Source of the DNA: Candidatus Krumholzibacteriia bacterium | Lineage (GTDB): Bacteria; Krumholzibacteriota; Krumholzibacteriia; LZORAL124-64-63 | Direction: 5' to 3' | Assembly: GCA_036351155.1 (NCBI GenBank) | Contig: JAZBOO010000338.1 | Span: forward strand, 1 to 15,464 | DNA: 15,464 bases | Shown here: positions 1 to 5,333 of the stretch, one piece after another | Numbering within the stretch: the first letter of the stretch is position 1 | Layout of the letters: each line of letters begins with the position of its first letter | Made by a program: the position numbers and the translations under genes | The notes under the pieces: model-generated | Databases searched by the model: none | Told to the model about the DNA's origin: nothing | What the model saw: the letters and a program-made list of their open reading frames with translations, nothing else

Positions 1-973
1 CGCCAAAGGTGCTTTCCCCGATTTCCCCGGCGATCTTGTTCATGATGCCGAAGGAGCTTTCCCCGTAAATGGTGGCGCCGGATTTGATCGTTGACCCCGG
101 CCCCACATAGAGGGGACCTTCCAGAAAAACATGAGGTTGAACCACGGTCTCCCGGTCCAGAATCACCGGACCGTGCCGGGTGTCGACCGCCACCCCGAAG
201 CCCAGCTGGACCTCCGGCCCCAGATACAGACCGGCACTCCCGGTCACCACGGGCGGGGAGGAATCACTCGAGGCACTCCCCCCTTCCCAGCGGGCGAACT
301 CCAGTGGATGATCCCAGACCTGATCTTTTTGATCGGGAAGCGGAAAAACGCCGAATGGAACCCGTCCCTCTCCGGGGCTGCCGAGGGTCAGTTCCAGGTC
401 CGACACGATGGCCCCACTGGTGGCCGGCACCACCTCCCAGATGAACCCCAGACCTTCAGCCGCCTGCCATTGCCGGTTGGGCAGTTCTCGAGGTGCGGTC
501 CACGGTTGCGGTGGAATGGCATGTGCGGACCATACTCCGGCATCGGCCTGGGTCTGTTCCCATTGGTCATAAGAGACCATCAACTGCTGATTTTCCTCCG
601 CCGAACACGAGAAAGCCAAGGTACCGTGGTGGTCTTGCCAGGCCACAGATTGTCCCTTTTCCACCATGGCCAGGACCTGCGCCAGCAGATGGTGATCAGG
701 CGCCAGTCGTCCGTTGATCCACAGAAATGTGGAGTCGAGCCCACGGATTTCCTCCTGCTCGGTTCCGGTCCGCCAGGGGGATTCCGGGTGGAGAGCGCGC
801 AAGCAATCCCGGGAAAGTAATCGACCGCCCGTGGCGCCCACCGGCAGGAGGCGCTCCACACGCTCCCGCAGGTTGAAAACACCCACCCGCTGCTCGTAGA
901 CGGGCTGGCTCCAGCAAACCGGCCGGAAATGCGCCAACGTTTGATCTTCAAAGAGAACGGGAATGGGCAACAC
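1..973 (-). CDS. GlmU-like putative sugar nucleotidyltransferase/acetyltransferase (NTP_transf_4 N-terminus plus hexapeptide left-handed beta-helix); 3' end lies outside the window
   Basis: Translated by hand; the ORF track misses it because there is no stop in the window. The frame is open from 1015 to 2. N-terminus LPIPVLFEDQTLAHFRPVCWSQPVYEQRVGVFNLRERV resembles the family motif LFED..F.P....PV.ELR.G...LREK. Internal FLWINGRL and FIWEVV. C-terminal DTRHGPVILDRETVVQPHVFLEGPLYVGPGSTIKSGATIYGESSFGIMNKIAGEIGESTFG is hexapeptide-repeat-like. GGAGG precedes GTG973/TTG970; an alternative ATG lies at 1015. Confidence 0.88.
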   Translation of the reverse strand, partial: MLPIPVLFEDQTLAHFRPVCWSQPVYEQRVGVFNLRERVERLLPVGATGGRLLSRDCLRALHPESPWRTGTEQEEIRGLDSTFLWINGRLAPDHHLLAQVLAMVEKGQSVAWQDHHGTLAFSCSAEENQQLMVSYDQWEQTQADAGVWSAHAIPPQPWTAPRELPNRQWQAAEGLGFIWEVVPATSGAIVSDLELTLGSPGEGRVPFGVFPLPDQKDQVWDHPLEFARWEGGSASSDSSPPVVTGSAGLYLGPEVQLGFGVAVDTRHGPVILDRETVVQPHVFLEGPLYVGPGSTIKSGATIYGESSFGIMNKIAGEIGESTFG

Positions 974-1043
974 CTTGGCCTCCACGGATCTGCAATATTC
1001 AGCCCGGGGTGACATGACCCACGGGATCGACAAGAATGGGGAT

Positions 1044-1071
1044 ATTGTAACGGAATGCCGGGATCAGACAA
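1044..1071 (-). promoter_or_regulatory. Putative sigma70 promoter for the GlmU-like gene
   Basis: Minus strand reads TTGTCT-N16-TACAAT (4/6 and 5/6 matches to TTGACA/TATAAT) in the short intergenic gap. Confidence 0.5.
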
Positions 1072-1087
1072 GCCCGGAGGGAAGAAA

Positions 1088-1318
1088 TCAGGCCAAGGTA
1101 TCGATGAGCGAACCCAGCATTTCATCGGCCGTCTTCACCACATTCAGATTGGCTTCCAGGCCGCGCCGCGAGCGCAGAAGCCCTACTTCATGGTCGATCA
1201 GATCGCCACCTTCGGCCCCAGGTGTCAGGGCGCGTGAGATTCCCTGGGCCGATGTCTGGAACAGGTTTTGGTTGGCCTGAATCCCTTGCAGGGCATGGTT
1301 CATGGCGGTGCTGATCAT
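1088..1318 (-). CDS. Small (76 aa) flagellar basal-body rod/hook C-terminal-domain protein (Flg_bbr_C/DUF1078-like)
   Basis: MISTAMNHALQGIQANQNLFQTSAQGIS resembles the rod N-terminal helix, and DLIDHEVGLLRSRRGLEANLNVVKTADEMLGSLID resembles the rod/hook C-terminal helix (..Y.AN.KV..TADEM). AGGAGG lies 6 nt before ATG1318, so the start is 1318 rather than 1396. Confidence 0.8.
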   Translation of the reverse strand: MISTAMNHALQGIQANQNLFQTSAQGISRALTPGAEGGDLIDHEVGLLRSRRGLEANLNVVKTADEMLGSLIDTLA

Positions 1319-1346
1319 GAAAGTCCTCCTGAAGTGTGGACTTTTT

Positions 1347-1373
1347 TTATCGTCCAGAAACCGGAAAACTTGA
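1347..1373 (-). promoter_or_regulatory. Putative sigma28 (FliA/SigD) promoter
   Basis: Minus strand reads TCAAG-N14-GACGATAA against the FliA consensus TCAAG-N14-GCCGATAA, about 30 nt upstream of a flagellar-domain gene. Confidence 0.7.
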
Positions 1374-1600
1374 GTTTTAACGCCACGACAAAGCATTGAT
1401 CCTGTTAAAAATCCTACATTTTTTTGGTGGTTCCTTAAAAAATTCTTCCTTCCTCCAGTCCTTCCCTAGTTTTTGAAAGGAGGGGAAACTGAATAACATG
1501 ACCGCCAACGAGGTATGGCTGCACTCATTTAGCGAGTGAGATTCATTTTCAAAACACTGTTTTGCAATGCTTTACAGGGGCTACCCACATCATTTCCTAC

Positions 1601-1630
1601 TTGACGACCGGCTGTTCAGTAATTTAGTTT
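1601..1630 (+). promoter_or_regulatory. Possible sigma70 promoter of the cytochrome operon
   Basis: TTGACG-N18-TAGTTT in the AT-rich intergenic region. The -35 is good and the -10 weak. Confidence 0.35.
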
Positions 1631-1721
1631 CGAGTTCTGTTGTAAATCAGAAAATTGATCAGTGGATTTTAGACAACGTTAACCTGATAACGTCCGGCGG
1701 AAGCCGGCAGGAGGAAAACCA

Positions 1722-2087
1722 ATGAAGCGCATGACTGTGGTGGCGTTGGCCCTGACGCTGGTCGCTCTGGCGGTAGTCCCCACATGGGCCGAGGACAAGG
1801 TGGAAACGGTCCCCGAGCTGACCGGAAAAGAACTCTTCAAGGCGCACTGCAAGGTGTGCCACACCGAGGATTCCGACGCCGGAGAGTACACCCCCATGAC
1901 CTACATCATGGAGCAGTGGGAAGAGTTCTTCGATGAGTTGTGGACCGAAACCCACGGCGAAGTGGCCTGCCCCGAGACCGAAGGCAAGAAGGTCACCGAC
2001 ATGATGGACAAGGACATGCTCAAGAAGATCAAGAAGTTCTGCGTGGATCATGCCGCCGACAGCGAACAACCCATGACCTGTGGCTAA
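1722..2087 (+). CDS. Periplasmic monoheme c-type cytochrome (121 aa)
   Basis: AGGAGG RBS, Sec signal peptide (MKRMTVVALALTLVALAVVPTWA), class I-like G.ELF...CKVCH heme motif, C-terminus HAADSEQPMTCG, strongly G/C-ending codons. Confidence 0.92.
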   Translation: MKRMTVVALALTLVALAVVPTWAEDKVETVPELTGKELFKAHCKVCHTEDSDAGEYTPMTYIMEQWEEFFDELWTETHGEVACPETEGKKVTDMMDKDMLKKIKKFCVDHAADSEQPMTCG

Positions 2088-2119
2088 AGGTTACCCCTCA
2101 CCCAATCCTGGAGAGCCCG

Positions 2120-3865
2120 ATGAAAAAGACTTTGATCACCCTCCTGGCCCTGATGGCCTTGATCGCCATGGCCACCGGCGCCTTGGCCGACGATGCCGCC
2201 AAGATCAAGCGCCTGGAAAAACGGTTGCAGAAGCTGGAACTGAAGTCCCACAAGAACAAGATCAACTGGAGCGGCGACCTGCGGGTGGAAGCCCACACCA
2301 TCACCGGCGAGACGGCTGACTCCTACGACGGCATGGCCCTGCAGAACGTCATGGTCAACTCCATGTTCTTCTACAACGCCAACGCCACCGGCCCCATGGA
2401 CCCCATGGCCCTGCCCATGAACATGGACGGCACCTTCAACTACGGCGCGGTGCAGAATTATCTGGGTGATCCCGATAATTACGGTGCCTACATGCTGTTC
2501 CTGAACGGCCTGGACTTCAACACCACCTTCCCCATGTACATGCAAGACATGCTGGGTGCCATGGCCGTGGCCATGGGCATGGACCCCCAGACCATGACGC
2601 CCGAGCAGTGGGCCATGGTCCAGGGCGGGGCCATGGACATGATGAAGATGGTCGATGGCCTGCAGGAGAGCTACAAGACCGACAACGACATCCTGTACAC
2701 CACCCGGCTGCGCTTGAACATGCACGCCAAGGTGGCCAGCAACGTGACCTTCGACGGCCGCATGAGCGTTTACAAGCCCTGGGGTGCCAGTACCCAGGTG
2801 CCTCTGTTCAACGGCCAGTCCAACACCATGTTCATGGATGCGGCCGAACCCGGGGTGCCCGGCGCCTCGACCATGCACGTGGACCGCGCCTACTTCACCT
2901 GGTCGAAGATCAACGAGTGGCCCATCTACCTGAGCCTGGGCCGGCGCCCCAGCACCGATGGTCCTCCCCTCCACTATCGTCACGATGAGCTGCGTGCCGG
3001 CACCCCCATGGGCACCATCATCGACTTCCAGTTCGATGGGGCCACCTTCGGCTACAACTTCAGTGACGAGACCACCATTCGCGCCTGTTACGGCCTGGGT
3101 TACGAGAGCCAGTTCGGCAACGCCAGCTTGCTGGAGACGCCCGAAGATCGGCTGAAGGACGCGAGCTTCTTCGGGTTCAACATCGATGCCTGGAACACTC
3201 CGGAAATGCAGATCCAGACCACCGTGGCCCGGGCCTTCAACATCACCGATGGTTTCAACGGTATGGTGATCATGCCCAACGATCCGGTGACCGGTGCGGC
3301 CATGCCCGGTCCCATCATGACCCGGTTCAGCCCCTCGGCCAACCTGGGCGATTTCGATCTGGCAAGCATCCTGGTAGCCCGCACCGACGGTCCGGTGGAC
3401 TGGTTTGTGACCGGCAGCTGGAGCAAGAGCAAGCCCGTGGACGAGTACGTCACCACGCCCTTCGGCGGCATGCTGGCCGATCCGTTCCAGCAGGCCGAGG
3501 AGCATACCGGCAGCATGTACTACCTGGGCGCCCGCTACAATCTGGCCAACGACAAGACCAAGATCGGCCTGGAGTGGAACAAGGGCAGCCAGTACTGGTT
3601 CAACTTCGCCCCGGCGCAGGACGACCTGATCGCTCCGAAGACCAGCACTCGCGGCACCGTCATCGAAGGCTACGTCACCCACCGCATCAACCCCAAGTTC
3701 GTGGTCAAGCTGGGCTACATCAGCTACGACTACGACTACTCCGGGTCGGGCTGGCACCTGGGCGCGCCCAAGGAACTGGTCGAGGGCGACAACGCCCCCA
3801 TCCTGGGCTTCCCCACCTACAAGAAGGCCGGCAAGGTGTCCCTGGGCTTCAGTGCCAGGTTCTAA
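2120..3865 (+). CDS. DUF3373-family outer-membrane beta-barrel (porin-like) protein, 581 aa
   Basis: GGAGA RBS before ATG2120; the ORF-track start at 1940 overlaps the cytochrome. Signal peptide ends in ALA, followed by a short coiled coil (KIKRLEKRLQKLE). Motifs WSGDLRV, NDILYTTRLRLNM, GRMSVYKPWG, VDRAYF and GRRPSTDGPP are ones I recognise from DUF3373. Amphipathic beta-strands and a terminal Phe (VSLGFSARF) fit a BAM beta-signal. Confidence 0.85.
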   Translation: MKKTLITLLALMALIAMATGALADDAAKIKRLEKRLQKLELKSHKNKINWSGDLRVEAHTITGETADSYDGMALQNVMVNSMFFYNANATGPMDPMALPMNMDGTFNYGAVQNYLGDPDNYGAYMLFLNGLDFNTTFPMYMQDMLGAMAVAMGMDPQTMTPEQWAMVQGGAMDMMKMVDGLQESYKTDNDILYTTRLRLNMHAKVASNVTFDGRMSVYKPWGASTQVPLFNGQSNTMFMDAAEPGVPGASTMHVDRAYFTWSKINEWPIYLSLGRRPSTDGPPLHYRHDELRAGTPMGTIIDFQFDGATFGYNFSDETTIRACYGLGYESQFGNASLLETPEDRLKDASFFGFNIDAWNTPEMQIQTTVARAFNITDGFNGMVIMPNDPVTGAAMPGPIMTRFSPSANLGDFDLASILVARTDGPVDWFVTGSWSKSKPVDEYVTTPFGGMLADPFQQAEEHTGSMYYLGARYNLANDKTKIGLEWNKGSQYWFNFAPAQDDLIAPKTSTRGTVIEGYVTHRINPKFVVKLGYISYDYDYSGSGWHLGAPKELVEGDNAPILGFPTYKKAGKVSLGFSARF

Positions 3866-3875
3866 AGGAGATCGT

Positions 3876-5276
3876 ATGAATCGCGCGGCGACTCTCCTGA
3901 TGCCGCTGATGATCATGAGCTGCCTGGCCGGGGTTTCCTCGGCCAAGCAGTTCTATCCGCATCAGGAATACTTCGAACACTACGAGGGCACGGCCACCTG
4001 CCTGGAATGCCACCAGGACGAGGCCGAATCCTTCTTCCACTCCCAGCACTACCAGTGGCAGGGAGAGGCCCCCGATATCGTCAATGCCGACGGCCGGCGC
4101 CTGGGCAAGATGAACACGATGAACGATTTCTGTACCAACCCTCAGGGCAGCTGGATCGGCAACGCCGAAAATTCCGACGGCAAGGTCCTGGCCCAGGGGT
4201 GCTCCAAGTGCCATGCCGGACTGGGCAAGATGCCCAGCCCCACTCTGAGCCGGGAACAGCTGGAGAACATCGACTGTCTCATCTGCCACGCTTCGGGCTA
4301 CCGCCGCGACCTTTATCAGAACGAGGACGGCACCTGGGAATGGCGTCCCATCCTCTGGAAAAACCAGCGGGGAATGGACTCGGTTTCCAAGCGCATCGTC
4401 ATGCCCGAGCGCAAGATGTGTCTGCGCTGTCACTCCGGTGCGGGCGGGGGCGCCAACTTCAAGCGGGGCGACCTGGAATACGAACTGGCCGAATGCACTC
4501 CCGAGTTCGATGTTCACATGGCCGCCGAAGGCCACGACATGGATTGCGTGGCCTGTCATGCGGGTGAGGATCATCGGGTCCGGGGCCGAGGCACCGATCT
4601 GTCCGGCACCGACAGTCCCGATGACCCCCTGTTCTGCACCAGCTGCCACGACGAGAAGCCCCACCAGGTGGCCGCTCTGGACAAGCACACGGAAAAGGTC
4701 TACTGCACCGTGTGCCACATTCCCACCTTCGCCAAGAAGGACCCCACGGACATGGTGCGGGACTGGTCGCAACCCAGGTATCATGAGGACGCGAACAAGT
4801 ACTCGGCCACCATCACCTTCGGGCAGGATGTGGTGCCTCATTACGCGTGGTTCAACGGCAGCACCCGGACCGTGCTTATGGGTGACAAGGTCAAGCCCGG
4901 CCAGGACGGGATGATCACCCTGATGGATCCGCAGGGAAGCCGCAAGGACAAGAAGGCCAAGATCTACGCCTTCAAGCTTCACCGGGGTGTGGTGCCCTAC
5001 CTTGAAGACAAGGAGTGGATCAGCCCTCTGGCCGTGGATGAGTTCTTTGTCGACGGCGACATCGACAAGGCGGTGCGCGAAGGAGCGGCCGCGGCCTACG
5101 GTATCCATCACCCCGAATACACCTGGGTGAACGTCCAGCGGTACATGGGCATTTTCCACGAGGTCCAGCCGGCCGAGATGGCTCTGGAATGTCTGGATTG
5201 TCACCGGGAGGGCGGCCGCATGGACTGGAGCGCCCTGGGCTACAAGAAGGATCCTCTGCTCGACGCGATGGACTGA
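3876..5276 (+). CDS. Octaheme c-type cytochrome, tetrathionate reductase (Otr) family, 466 aa
   Basis: AAAGGAG RBS overlaps the upstream TAA; signal peptide present. Eight CxxCH motifs: CLECH, CSKCH, CLICH, CLRCH, CVACH, CTSCH, CTVCH, CLDCH. Otr-family motifs: H..W, GK....N.FC, IDCL.CH, GGG...K.GD, DVHM, CHIP, DWS, P.Y.WFNG, KIY.FK.HRG, H.V.P...AL.C..CH, DW.ALGY..DP. Confidence 0.92.
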   Translation: MNRAATLLMPLMIMSCLAGVSSAKQFYPHQEYFEHYEGTATCLECHQDEAESFFHSQHYQWQGEAPDIVNADGRRLGKMNTMNDFCTNPQGSWIGNAENSDGKVLAQGCSKCHAGLGKMPSPTLSREQLENIDCLICHASGYRRDLYQNEDGTWEWRPILWKNQRGMDSVSKRIVMPERKMCLRCHSGAGGGANFKRGDLEYELAECTPEFDVHMAAEGHDMDCVACHAGEDHRVRGRGTDLSGTDSPDDPLFCTSCHDEKPHQVAALDKHTEKVYCTVCHIPTFAKKDPTDMVRDWSQPRYHEDANKYSATITFGQDVVPHYAWFNGSTRTVLMGDKVKPGQDGMITLMDPQGSRKDKKAKIYAFKLHRGVVPYLEDKEWISPLAVDEFFVDGDIDKAVREGAAAAYGIHHPEYTWVNVQRYMGIFHEVQPAEMALECLDCHREGGRMDWSALGYKKDPLLDAMD

Positions 5277-5294
5277 AGGCTGTTTCAGCAAAAG

Positions 5295-5330
5295 GAAGGG
5301 CCGGGGATTTCCCCGGCCCTTCGCATTTAT
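5295..5330. terminator. Bidirectional intrinsic terminator between convergent operons
   Basis: Perfect 12-bp stem GAAGGGCCGGGG-attt-CCCCGGCCCTTC (5295-5322), followed by gcatttatt on + and CTTTT on -, between stops at 5276 and 5334. Confidence 0.85.
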
Positions 5331-5333
5331 TCC

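Noticed and set aside
1..973. Assigning the symbol glmU
   Set aside because: Lacks the canonical GlmU N-terminal LAAGxGTRM motif; it is a related family with unproven activity.
1396..1668. TTGAT half-sites near 1396 and 1655 as FNR boxes, and a possible riboswitch in the intergenic region
   Set aside because: The second half-sites (TTAAA, GGATT) match ATCAA poorly, and I recognised no riboswitch consensus. An Rfam/Infernal scan would settle it.
1940..2119. 60-aa N-terminal extension of the DUF3373 ORF
   Set aside because: Overlaps the cytochrome gene; the signal peptide and RBS point to ATG2120.
2084..5291. Long antisense ORFs 2084-3946 (620 aa) and 3849-5291 (480 aa)
   Set aside because: Codon-aligned shadows of strongly G/C-ending sense genes; V/H/G/A-rich translations with no motifs.
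5274..5322. TGA of the octaheme gene followed by hairpins, as a possible Sec/SECIS read-through
   Set aside because: The protein already ends at the family's usual C-terminus (ALGY..DP). The main hairpin is explained as the terminator, and read-through would run antisense into the RND gene.
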